A DNA stretch of 64,000 nt from Proteromonas lacertae (taxonomy: Eukaryota), in contig NGBS01000587.1 of assembly GCA_002245135.1 (NCBI GenBank), positions 62,001 through 126,000 on the forward strand, given 5' to 3'. This document shows positions 12,869 to 25,676 of the stretch, in pieces. Positions within the stretch are counted from its first letter, which is position 1. Each line of letters opens with the position of its first letter. The notes under the pieces are model-generated. The model did not search any database. It worked only from the letters and a program-made list of their open reading frames with translations, and was not told where the DNA came from. The position numbers were made by a program, and so were the translations under genes.

Positions 12869-15099
12869 TCATTCAATATTGAAAGACTGATTTGATAATT
12901 CTATCTTTTCTACTTCTGATAATCCATCCACTTTGACTGTTCTTATTGATGAAAATGTATCTAAAAATAATTTTAATATTGATTTATCTATATTCTCTTT
13001 TACAGTTATTGATAGTGTATTAAATCTCTTTAATATATCTTTCTTTCCTATCATTAATCTTAATTCACTTTCATCTAATTCATTTCCTGATAAATATATG
13101 TTATCTAATACCTCACAATCCTTTGATTTTTCTATCAATATTTTCAATCCTTTTTCACTCATTCCAATATCTATTCAAATTATATCATAATTATATTCAT
13201 AAATATACTTGATACATCCAATGATGATGAATATTTAACAAATTTTCTTAAATTATTAAATATAATCTCTATTCCTTCATCTCCAATTGGATTATTATGT
13301 ATAGAAATATGTCCTTCATGTTTTGGTAAAGAATATGTTAATTCTTCCAATCCTTTTAAAGTGATTTTATTATTCGATATATCTAATTCTTCATAATCAA
13401 TCTGCTTTATTAATGAAATGTGAGAATCATTGATATTCAAATCTATTATTCATTATATACTAATAATTATACTAGAAAAATCATATCTTCTATCATGATA
13501 ATATTTAACTCTGTCTTTTTTAACACAATAATCCAAATAATAAATAAATGTAAATATGGAATCAATAATTTGAATCCCTTTGGACCAATTGGATTATCTA
13601 TTTCAAAATAACAAAACAATTAAATAACAATACGTTGAAGATTTACTTGTTTTAATTTCATGGATGGAATTGATTTAATAAATGATTCAATGAAATGATA
13701 AGTAAGATTGCAATTTGATAAATGTAAATCTTGAAGATTCAGTAACTGTGAGAAACTTGATCCAAATAATAATTGATATGGAATTGGAATATCAATATCA
13801 TCTATACAATAAATAATTGTAATGATACTGAATTGAAGTCTCTTTGGATTGATGAGTTTCAATATTTTGAAAAAATACTTAATACCTTCTTCACACAAAC
13901 AAAAACAATCTGAATTAATATAGATTATTTCTTTATATTCATAATCTATATTAAATATCATTTCATCTACATAACATTCTTTTCCTTCTTTATATTTATG
14001 ATAAATTTGAAATTTTAGTTTATCTTTTATTAATTTATCTTCTTTATATAATTTCATCATTAATAGTATTGACAATATTCTATCATATGGCTTATTTTTG
14101 TATAATTCGATAAAACTATCTCGAATATCTTTCCATTTATCACTTTCTACATAATATTCTGATGGATAGATTATTGGAAGTATAATTATATATTTATCAT
14201 TATCATATAATGTTTCTTTTCTTTCTTCCCATATCTTCAAATTATTTTGATCATCTCTCAATATTTCACTCATCTTTATCACTTCTTTTTCCAATTCTTT
14301 TAAACTCAATCTATCTTCACTATTCACTTTAAACATTCTATCTATTATTTCTTTCTTCATATTATCACCATTTAGATCAAAACTGTATTTACATCTCAGG
14401 ATATTATTCATAGTTTTATTCATATTATCATCTTCATTAAATGGCAATTTCTTGTTTATTATCTCATATAATATACAGCCAATTGACCAAATCACACTTC
14501 TCTCATTACATTCTAATCCAATCAACTCTTCTGGGCTTTTGAAGCATATGTCATATAATCTCATTTCATCTTCTTTTCTCAATTCATTCAAATATAAATC
14601 ACATATCTTTATCTTATCGTCTCTTTCATATATGATGTTGCTACTCTTTAAATAACCAATCACTATATCATATTCACTCAATATCATCAAAATATCGCAT
14701 ATTGAACTTATCACACTGCATATTTCATCAATTGATAATGCTTTATTCTGAATTATCTCTTCTATATCTTTATCATAGTATTCTCGCGACATCATCATGC
14801 ATAGATGGTAATTATTCAAATGATACGTTTTAAAAGAAGATAAAAAGGAAGAACAACTATCTAACAAAAACAACTGTTTCTCTTGGAATTTCAATATTCT
14901 ATTTTCTCTAATTCCAGCCACATCTAACACTTTCATCATCATCATATCATTTTTATGTTTTATAACTAAATCTACTTCAACACTGTTCTTTTCTATTCTT
15001 TCTTTAATCTATCCAATACAATTTAGCAAAAAATACTTCAATATCACCAGTTAAATAAGAATTTAATACGTCATCTGTGAAAGATTTTAAGCGAATCAT
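12869..15099 (-). CDS. Pseudokinase plus C-terminal RNI-like leucine-rich repeats
   Basis: Kinase fold with degenerate catalytic motifs (VIGYLKSSNI, ICDLY, KSPE, VIWSIGC). LRRs LQDLHLSNCNL, LDISNNKITLKGL, IHNNPIGDEGI and IYLSGNEL. Several short introns. Confidence 0.8.
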
Positions 15100-15258
15100 T
15101 TTCAAACTTGTTTGATATTTATAAATATATAGTCGTTTCATTTCACACTTTTTGTGATTTTGTTGTTTTTATTAAGTATTCATTTAAATATACTACAAAT
15201 ACAACAATCAATACAAGAAAATCATTCAATTTTAGTATCTGACTTTAAAATTCATTAT

Positions 15259-18200
15259 TTATCGAGTTACTTTGAATTGGAATACACATTTATCATTTCC
15301 TCCACAACTCAATACATAACATTCACTCGTTGAAAATCGAATATTTGTTACATGACTAGAATGACCTCCATAACTTTTATATTTATTATCTTTGTTTATA
15401 CAAGGATATCGGAATAATTTCACTTCCATAAAATCATCAGCACTTACTAATAATTTTTCATCATTACTTCGATCTACTGAATTTACATCAGTTCCATCAC
15501 TACAAGCAGGCCAAATACCTTGAACTGGCCAACCTAATGTACAAGTCCAACTGGCCCATTTTACATCTCGAACACTTGAAGCACTTTTGATTTGTTTACC
15601 ATTTTCTACATTCCAAAACAATAATTCATAAGCACCACAGTTACTTTGTAAATATTTACCATCAACAGAAAAATCTAAATGAGTTATATAACTTCCATGA
15701 CCTTTCAATACAGATCTTCGACTGTAAGGAGCTGTATTGAATAAATAGATGTTATTATCATGAGAACCTACAGCTAACACTGAACTATCTTTTGAATATT
15801 GAATTACTTGAATCCATTTCTTACTACAAACACAAGTGGAGATTATTTCTTTCAAATCACTTGAATAGATTATTAATGAACCACTTTGCATTCCCAATGC
15901 TAAATGAGAACCATGTTGACTATAAGCAATTGCACGAGCACTTCCTTTTAATTGAATCATATTGATTAAGGTTCGATCTCGAGCATCCCATATTCGAACT
16001 GTATTGTCATCACCAGCTGTAGCATAATGTTCACGATTAGGATGGATAGCTAAACCCCATAATTCACCTTTATTATGAGCACGAATTAATACACTGTTAC
16101 TTAGATTATTTGTGTCAATTTCTAAGATTTCTGAACCTCTTGTTCCTACTAATAATTTATCATGACTCTTATCATAACATAATGCATTTACACCATAACT
16201 TATACTAAATGTAACTTTCAAATCTTTTAGATTGATTGTTTTTAAAGGTGTTAATGATACGCCCCATATTATGATATTACCATCAGCTCCACCTGAAATT
16301 ATTCCATTGTCACTTGTACTATTCAATGCATAAACTGCTCCTTTATGACGTTTTACTTGGTTTGTACATTGATTACCTTTCCATAAGTATAAACTACCAT
16401 CTAATTGACTTGTTACACAATCAGAACCACATGGAACACAACATAATATTGTCTGAATTGTACCATTTCTACCAAATACTCCATTCTTGGAGGTTAATGA
16501 ACTACCACTTAATGTCCAGAATTTTATCACTTTTGAACCAACTGTTACTATATTTGTACCATTTGATAAGAATGTTGTTGCTAATATCTTTGATTTGGAA
16601 CAACTTGCTTTAGCTACCATTGTACCATCAATTCTATAGATTGCTAAACTATGATCATCATCTAATCCTATACTTGCTATTTTTGTATTATCAGGTGAAA
16701 AACTCAATGCATTAATACCTCTCTTATGGAAACCTTTAATTGTAATAATTGAACATCCACTAAATGCATCCCATATGCATATCTTTGGAGATTTACCAAT
16801 TTCACCAGTAGCAACCATTGTTCCATCACTATTTATAGCGAATGAAGTAATATCATCAGTATGACCTCTTTGGAAGTGCATTCTATGTTTGTCAACATCA
16901 TAGATAATACCTAATGCAGCAGCATGATAGACTATATCACCTTCACTACTGTAACCTAAATTATTTCTACATGCACCAGTTGAATAACCATGTACCCATT
17001 CTAATTCTAAACTTTCATTTGGTTCTTTTTCTAAGTTTGGATCATTCTTGAATGTTGTAGGTTCTTTTATTGCACCTACCCATGGTTTAACTGCCATGAA
17101 TTCATCTCCACCTCTCTCTCCACTAGTGTTAAACCAATTATTAGCTATATCATCAGCTTCTTCTTGATTTTCTTCAGTTTCTGGGATTGCCATTTCATTA
17201 TCATCATCTGTAGTATCAATATCAATAATCCATTGGAAGATTGATCTATCTTTACCACCAACAGAGAATAATCTCTTCTTATTACAATTGAATCGCACAT
17301 TTGTCACATGACTAGAATGACCACAGTATGTATGATAACCACTTCCTTTTCTGTAACATGGATATTTGAATATATTCACTTTACCATAATCATCACCAGT
17401 AGCAATAACACCAACATCCATTCCATTGTTATTATCATCATCTTTGTCATATAATGCTCTACAACATGAATTAACATCAGTTCCATCACTCTCAGGTAAC
17501 CAAATACCTTGAACTGGCCAACCTAATGTACAAGTCCATGTATTCCACTTCATATTCTTTAAGGAAGATGCATTCTCTCTTCTACAACTATCTGTATTCC
17601 AAAAGAGTAATTCATAAGCACCACAATTACTTTGTAAGTGTTTACCATCAGCAGAGAAATCTAAATGAGTGATATAACTGGAATGACCTGTTAATTTCTT
17701 CTTTAATGTATAATTCTTACTTTCATCGATGTTGTATAAATAGATTTTATTATCATGTGAACCAACAGCCATCATATTACCTGCTGGGCTATATTTAATA
17801 TCACTAATCCATTGTTTCGAATCATTCAATTGAGCAACTTTATTCAACTGTTTATTATTCTTATCTTCAGGTTTTTCATAGATTTCTACATTACCATTCA
17901 CTAAACCAACTGCTAAATGTTTACCATCACTAGAGTATTCGATTGTTCTTGCTTTTTCACCAGCTATAGCTTCATAAATACATTGTTTCTTATTACAATC
18001 CCATACATAAATTCTCTTATCATCACCACAAGTAGCATATTCTTTAACACCTTCTTTCAATGGATTGGTAGCTAAACCCCATAATTCACCATCATAATGT
18101 CCACGTAATAACAATGTTAAACTGTTTGGATTTTCACTCTCTAATTCATAGATTTCTGATCTTTGAGTACCAATGACAATATGATCTTTATTACAACATA

Positions 18201-21200
18201 TACTACGAATTGGACTTGTGATTGTATTACTATCACCAGCCACTTCTTCTGCACTGTTCTTGACAACATTATCACTATGCCATCTTAATACTTTACCATC
18301 TCTTCCACCAGTGTAAAATACACCTAATTCTTTACTTGTATAACTACAATAAATACTACCTTTATGAGCATCTATTTTCTTCGATAAACTATTACCTTTC
18401 CATAAATATATCTTACCATTTGATGAACCACTGATTGTATAATCTGGTGTGAATGCTAATGTATAGAATTTACTCTTATCTCCTGTCACTTACTTTACCA
18501 AATAAACCTTTTTGACTCTTCAAGTTAGAACCATTAATTGTCCAGAATTTAATATGTTTATCACCACAGGTAACTAATTGACCATTGTATGGATTATATT
18601 CCATTGCAAATATCTTCTGTTGACCACCTTGTGCACTGTATAATAACTTCTTCTTTTGCCAATCGTAAATACCAATCATATGTTGATCATCTTCACCAAC
18701 TGAGGCTAATAAATTACCTTCAACATTGAATGCTAATTGAGTAACACCTCTTACATGGAATTTTGATAATATTACTTCAGTTTCCATTGTGGCTGTATCA
18801 TATACAATAATAGATGGTTTTCTTCCAATTTCACCAGTTGCACAATATCTACCATTTGGATGACAAGCTAAGGCAATAATATCATCATTATGATCTCGAT
18901 TGAATCTCTGTTTCTTGCCCTTTGCATCATATACAATATTTACAGCAGCTGTATGGAAGATTATCTCACCTAATGATGTATAACGGATATTATTTCGATT
19001 ACTTTGAGCTTCATAACCATAAACCCATTCTAAATTAACATCTACATTTGGACTATCACATAATGATGAATTTTCTTTGAAATTATCTGGTGAAAATATT
19101 GAACCTAACCATGGTTTAACTGCCATAAATTCATCACCAGATGGAACTGTTGTTGATGATACTAAATGTGCTAATTCTCTTTGTTTGATTCCTTCTTCAG
19201 TGATTTTACCTTCTTCATCATCTCCATTTTCTTCTTCATTATCAGCTATATTTCCATTATTATTATTATCATCATCATCATTATCTTCTTCTTCTTCTAA
19301 ATCATGTGACCATTGGAATATTGATTTATCATTACCACCAACTGATACAACATAACTATCACTATATATGTAACATACATTAGTCACATGACTAGAATGA
19401 CCCATGTATACTTTCTGTCCAGCATTCTTTTCAACACATGGATATTTGAATATCTTTACCATACCAAAATCATCAGCTGTTACTATTTCATCACTTGTAC
19501 TGTTTCTATCAACTGCATTGATATCAGTTCCATCGCTAAACTTTGGCCAAATACCTTGAACTGGCCATCCTAATGGACATGTCCATGTTGCCCATTCTAC
19601 ATCTCTTAAAGAGGTTGGTGATGTAATTCTTTTACCTGTTATATTCCAGAATAATAATTCATATGCACCACAGGTTGATTGTAAATATTTACCATCTTTA
19701 GAGAAATCTATGTGGGTGATATAACTAGAATGACCTCTACAGATTGCTTTTTTACCATACTTATTATCTTTAACTATATATAAATAGATCTTCTGATCTC
19801 TTGAACCTACAGCTAATATACTTCCACCATTATTATTATCTTGTTGTTGAATTGGACTATATGTTAATACACTAATAGATTTAGAAGAATGTTGGAATCT
19901 AGTAATTTCACTCAATGTTTTATTATCGAATATTTGCACCATTCCATTCACTAAACCAACTGCAATATGATCACCACTTGGATTATAAGCACAACACTTT
20001 GCTTTATCTGCAGATTTAGCTGTTCTTAATAATCTTCTTGTTCTTACATCCCATATCATTATCATCTTATCTTCACCAACTGTACAATATTCTAATGCTG
20101 ATGGATGATTGGCTAAACCCCATAATTCACCATCATAATGTCCATTCATTAATACTTGACTATTATTCAAATCATTCTGTTTTATTTCAATGATTTCTGA
20201 AGCTCTAGTACCAACATAAATAGAACCATCATTTGATTCAATACAGATACTTCTAATCTCAGGCTTTTGACTAGAAATTGATGGTAAAGCTACTAAATCA
20301 ATAGTTTGAATCTCTTTAAAGTGACTATCCCATATTTTCAATGTTCCATCTTTACCACCACTAATCATACCTTCAGGGAATGTATAAATACAATTAACAG
20401 CTGATTTAGGTGAATGTGCTTGAATTACTGAGACTAATCGGTTATCTTGTATTTGATACAACTCACCATTATTTGTACCAACAATTACACTATCACCAAA
20501 ATAGCTACATGATAAATAGGATTGTATTTTCCCCAATTTACCTAATATAGCTTTCTTACCTTTCAATGATCTATTTCCATTACTTAAATCAAAGAATTTA
20601 ATGAATTTCTGACCTACCATACATATTTCATCATTATTTGGTGAGAAACACATATCTAACACTTTCTGTTGATCTCCTTTACCTGATGCAACTAATTTAT
20701 TATTCTTCCAATTATGTACAGCAATACAGTGATCATTATCTAATCCAACAGATGCTAAATATTGTCCATCTGATGAGAATGCTAAGTGACAAATTCCTCT
20801 TTCATGGAAACCAGTAATAGTCATTAAATTCTCATTATCTCGATCAGTATCCCATATATGAATCTCAGGATTCTTTCCAATCTGTCCTGTAGCTACAATA
20901 TGTCCTTCTAATACTGCAATACTAATAATATCATCAGTATGACCAATATAAAACTTCTGTTTATGATTCTGTTTATCATATACAACACCAACACCTGCTG
21001 CTGGATATACTAACAATGTCTGACTCCTTCCAGTGCCATCCTTCTTTCTGAGAGCTTTAATATTATTTCTACAGTCAAAACATCGATATCCATGAATCCA
21101 TTCTAAGTTTAAATTACCTGTTGGAGGATCATTCATTGATTTATCGAATTTAAAACCACTTGGTTCTACTATACTTCCTAACCATGGTTTTGTAGCCATA

Positions 21201-22012
21201 AACTCATCTCCACTTATTATATTATTACCAACACCATTACCTTGTTCAATACCTGTTATTGCTTCAATACTTCTATCTTTTCTATTATTTATATAATCAT
21301 CTTCTAGTGAATCTTTTACACCTTTTAATTCATCATCGCTGATTTCTTCAGCAGAATCTTCGCAATCTCTGTCTTGTATTGCTGATGCGACACTTCTTGT
21401 CATCTTTTCTACTTGGTTGATTAATGTGCCATTGTTTCTTAACCAAGTTTTGAATTCATTAACTTCAATTGTACCTGATCGGTTGTTATCTGCTACATCA
21501 AATGCTTCTATTGCTACTTTCTCTAAATTTGCATCGATATCTGCGTCAATTGGTGTACCACTCATTTTTAATAATCCTCTCATTGTTGAACTCATCATAA
21601 GTACCATCTCACTTTGAGATAATGAACCATTCATATTGAAATCACACATTTCAAATAGAAATTCTATTTTATCGTCTAAAGGGCAATCACAACAGAAACC
21701 TAACATTCCAACGAATTCTAAGCAATCGATTCTTCCACTGTGATCTGTATCAAGTACATTAAATATATCACCTGGATCTACGACGGGTGGTTTCTTAAAT
21801 GACATCAATGATAAAAACTGTCTTCTCTCAATACCAAAATTACCATCATTCTTTTTGAAACGTTTGAAAACTGCTTTTACTTGTGGTAAAGTCCCTAAGC
21901 AAATATATAAATTCAAAATATAAATACATGGACCTAAATTTGCAAACATTCTATGACCCCCTCCTCTAAGTAAAGCATTTGTGTCAAAATCCTTTGAATT
22001 ACCTGAACCCAT
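15259..22012 (-). CDS. N-myristoylation motif + EF-hands + three HELP/WD40 (TAPE) modules; EML5/EML6-like microtubule-associated protein, about 2,240 aa
   Basis: Starts MGSGNSK. EF loops DTDHSGRID, DFNMNGSLSQSE and DNNRSGTIEVNE. Three HELP motifs (LEW.HGY/YGY...RNN) and three GWPVQGIWP / GHSSHVTN motifs. In-frame 33-nt intron at 21895-21927. One +1 break near 18490. Confidence 0.9.
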
Positions 22013-22160
22013 CTTTTTAAAAATGCTTTAAAAAAGATATAAAACGTATAGGGTTTTTAAAACGGTTGTTAAATAACTAATTTTTAGATTCACTATACAA
22101 ACAAAACAAAATAATTTCAGTTTCTTTCTTTTTGTGTATAAAAACTAACCAATTTTTGTA

Positions 22161-22168
22161 AACAAACA
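22161..22168 (-). terminator. TGTTTGTT putative 3'-end element
   Basis: AACAAACA on the plus strand, about 68 nt downstream of the kinase stop. Confidence 0.45.
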
Positions 22169-22235
22169 TAACGGTGGTATACATATGATGATAATTTATT
22201 TTAATGTAATAAAATCAAATGAAATAACGAGAAAA

Positions 22236-23420
22236 TTAACTTGATGTATTTGATTCACCAGCATCTACAGGCGCTACATCAGGTGGAGCTGCTGGTTCAG
22301 CTGGTGCTGCCTCAACAACAGCTGTCACTTCCTCAATCTTTTTATCTGTTACGGCTTTCTTCAATTTATGTTGCATACCGGCTGATTTGAAAGTATTAGC
22401 TATACGAGCATTTAACACAGCTTTCTAATTAATAAAATAATACTAATGAATACTTTAAATTTCTTTCTTCAACATAAACTTCTTCATTTCTTCCTGTACT
22501 GCTCCTAATTCACCATTAGAACTTCCAGTTATCCACACATGTTTCAATACATCAGTAGCATTGTATCTTTTCTTAGGATCAACAACTATCAAATGTCTTA
22601 TCAAATCTTTTGCATCATTTGATATTTTATCAAAATAGGGTGAAGGAAAATCATATTTTCCACTTTTAATAAGTTCGTATAATATCATAGTATTATCATG
22701 ATAAAATGGAGGAAAGCCACATAACAAAATATAAAGAATTACTCCTATACTCCATAAATCAACAGTTTTATCATATGCTAAGCCTTTTAATATTTCTGGA
22801 GCTACATAACCAGGTGTACCGCATGCAGTGTGCATTAATAAGCTATCTTCTGATAGTAATTTAGCTAAACCAAAATCTGCTATTTTGATTGGTGAATCCG
22901 TTGATTCATTTTGATATAATAGGTTTTCTGGCTTTAAATCTCGATGAACAATATTCATTTCATGACAATAATGTAGTGCATCACATAAAGACTTTATCAC
23001 ATCTCTTGCTTCATTTTCTGAATATTTTTCCTTATCAACAATTCTATCAAACAATTCTCCTCCTGTCATTAATTCCATTACCATATAAAAAGTCTTGTGT
23101 GTATCATAAATTTCATATAATTTGACTATATTTGGATGATTTACTTTTTGTAAAATAGCCACTTCCACTTCCAATGCATCTCTATCTTCTATTTCATCTG
23201 TAATCAATTTATTTATACCTGCAGTTAAACTAGCTTTTCCAATACATTTAATGGCTACTATTCTTCCACTTCTTTTATGTGTTCCTTTTTTAACGACAGC
23301 AAAACTTCCACTATATAAATATACTATAACACCTAGAATATACCTTCCTAACGTTTTACCGATTTTATAATTGTTAGAACATTCTTCCTTACGGAAGAAC
23401 ACAGCGGGTGAGCTATCCAT
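22236..23420 (-). CDS. Ca2+/calmodulin-dependent protein kinase (CaMK1-like)
   Basis: Motifs GSFAVVK, VAIK, GGELFDRIV, HRDLKPEN, DFG, ACGTPGYVAPE and ILLCGFPPF. Introns at 23311-23343, 23189-23218 and 22425-22453. The basic CaM-binding-like tail needs one base removed near 22465. Confidence 0.92.
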
Positions 23421-23519
23421 TATTACAATATTTCAAATGAAAAACAAATATGTAATTTACATAAATATTTACTTGATTTGTGTAATTCAAAAAACAACAT
23501 TACAAATACATAGAATTAG

Positions 23520-24161
23520 TTATTGACTACTTGAATCATCATTATTTCTTTGAAATTCTCCTACTTTATAATATCCCTGGATTAGAATCACTAAGAATAT
23601 TTGTGCACTTTCTATTTCATCTGTTAATTCTTGTCTTATATCTTCAGGTATTTTTTGACATAAATAATCAGATGGAGTGAATGTAAATTTATCATTTTCA
23701 AATTTCAAACTAAAAGCAGATTTTTCATCATCAGTGAAATGACAATTATATTTATTATTTTCTTTATCATAATCACATTTTATTTTTATCAAATTTTCTA
23801 TTAGTTTGATATAATATGTAATTTGCTGTAATAGTGTTTCATTTTTTATATCTTTCTTTAATTTCAATTCTTTCAACAATTTTTTATTTTCTTCTTCTAA
23901 TTCATTGTATTTGGTTAATTTTACATTCAAATCTAACTATAAAACTGAATAATTATACATTCAATTTCTTTCTTTTGGCTTAGGATTTGTTTATTCAAAT
24001 CTTCTATTTCTTTGTCTCTATATATTTTGACATCTGTTTTATCGTCTTCTGAAACTCTCTAAAATGTGTAATTAAGTGAATACATTGTCTACTTTCTTCT
24101 TATCTGGTTGGCTTGTATCTTTACTTGGAGTTACACTTCGTTTCCTACCTCGATTTGGCAT
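23520..24161 (-). CDS. Coiled-coil protein with C-terminal domain resembling monopolin Csm1/Pcs1 (RWD-like)
   Basis: Basic N-terminus MPNRGRKRSVTP and a coiled coil, then YIKLIENLIKI..YNCHF..FSLKF..FTFTP...IPEDIRQEL...AQIFL. Two short introns. The family call is by eye only. Confidence 0.4.
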
Positions 24162-24340
24162 TATTTATAATGTTTAGAGCAAATCAAATTTAAAAAATAT
24201 CAAATCAGAATCAAACTTCTATTCTATAATATATCCGTTTCATTTAAAGTAAAAAATGTAATTATAGCAGAAGGAACAAACATTATATTAGAATTGATAT
24301 TTTTTTTACAAGTATTTTCTTCAATAATTAATTTTTACTA

Positions 24341-24655
24341 TCATATATCTATGTCTTCTTTCAATGTTATTGATAATTCATCTAAACTATCAAATACTTC
24401 TTGGTTTTCTTCCATCAATATCAATTCTCTTTCATTTAATTCATTTCCTGATATATCTATTTTCAATAATGGTTTATAATCTTTCAGTCTTTCTATCAAC
24501 ATCTCTAATCCTTTTTCACTCATTCCTATATCTAGTCCATATTATTAAACTATATATACTTGAAAGATTTCTTTCCTGTATATTTGTCTAAATATTCACA
24601 TATAATCTCTATTCCTTTATCTCCAATTGGATTATTATGTATTTCTATGTATTTG
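24341..24655 (-). pseudogene. 5'-truncated LRR relic of the pseudokinase-LRR family
   Basis: IHNNPIGDKGIEII...(intron)...IGMSEKGLEMLIE...ISGNELNEREL parallels 12869-13310, including the intron position. Confidence 0.75.
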
Positions 24656-24659
24656 GAAC

Positions 24660-24929
24660 AATATGTTTTGAAAAGAATAGCTGAAAAAACATAATGCAAC
24701 TATTTCACAGATATTATTAGCTTTTGTGATGAGATATGATAATATTATAGCAATTCCAAAGTCTGGCAATAAAGACCATGCGATTGAAGATAGTAAATCT
24801 GTTGATATAAAACTAGATGAAAAAGATTTGAATGAAATTGATAAAGAATTCCCTAAACCCACTAGTAAAATACCACTAGTATTGTGGAGCTTAATTATTG
24901 TTTACTCTAATTTTATTATTATAGTTTGA
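24660..24929 (+). pseudogene. 3' fragment of an aldo/keto reductase
   Basis: Reads VLKRIAEKHNATISQILLAFVMRYDNIIAIPKSGNKDHAIEDSKSVDIKLDEKDLNEIDKEFPKP, with the AKR C-terminal IPKS motif. No 5' part; one extra A in the run at 24684-24689. Confidence 0.75.
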
Positions 24930-25676
24930 TTGTACGTTAAACTTTTGTGCTTTTAATTTATATTCTCATCCATCAAGTGTAATTAACCACTATAAACAAA
25001 GATTAAAAAAAAATCATTAGAAGATTCGGTTTTCGGTTTTCTGATATTTGAAAATCTTTTAATTAAATGATATACAAGAATAAGATTTGGTGTAAAATTA
25101 GTTGATGCGTTTATGTGTGATGGAAACTACTGTATAGCACAAATGTTCATTAAAATCAGTTAATTAGGAGTTGAGCAGTATATTTTATAGTATTATTGAA
25201 AGAAGTATTATGTATATAGATTATTAATATTTCATTTCTAGACAACCTTCTCAAGATGTGTTAATTTATTCATAAATGTTCTAGTAGTTAGAATTATGTT
25301 CTGTATATGAATACTACCACATTAATTTAGTAATGCTAATAAAATATCGTATTCTGATATAGCATTTATAGAATTAGATATTACTCTCTGAAACAAAGTG
25401 CTTTTCATTAGCAACAATTCATTATGAGTTTGCACATGTTTATCGGTTGTTTTCTATTATGGAGGTAATATATGACAAGAGAACCAAAGAATTATTGTAA
25501 AAAAGAAAATTGAAAGTTTTTCTTTTTTTTCATTTCTTTGTTTTCTTCTCAAGTGAACATTTAAAAGCAATAAAATTTGCATTATTTGTAGTTGGTATAT
25601 ATCTATCTATCATTTTACACAATATATCTCTCACTTTCATACTCATTACCTCATTATCTAATTTTATAGATAAAGA

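Noticed and set aside
18473..18493. GTAAGT at the EML frame break as a 19-nt intron (GTAAGTGACAGGAGATAAG)
   Set aside because: It restores the frame but is shorter and more purine-rich than other introns here. It also makes the repeat about 4 aa shorter than its two internal paralogs. A single extra base fits better.
9301..24161. Functional cluster of cell-cycle and microtubule genes (cyclin B, DAW1, EML, CaMK, Csm1-like)
   Set aside because: The functions are only loosely related and unrelated genes are interspersed; chance adjacency is sufficient.
25060..25670. Possible small multi-exon gene or extra HECT 5' exons
   Set aside because: Splice-like sites are present, but I could not build a convincing reading frame.
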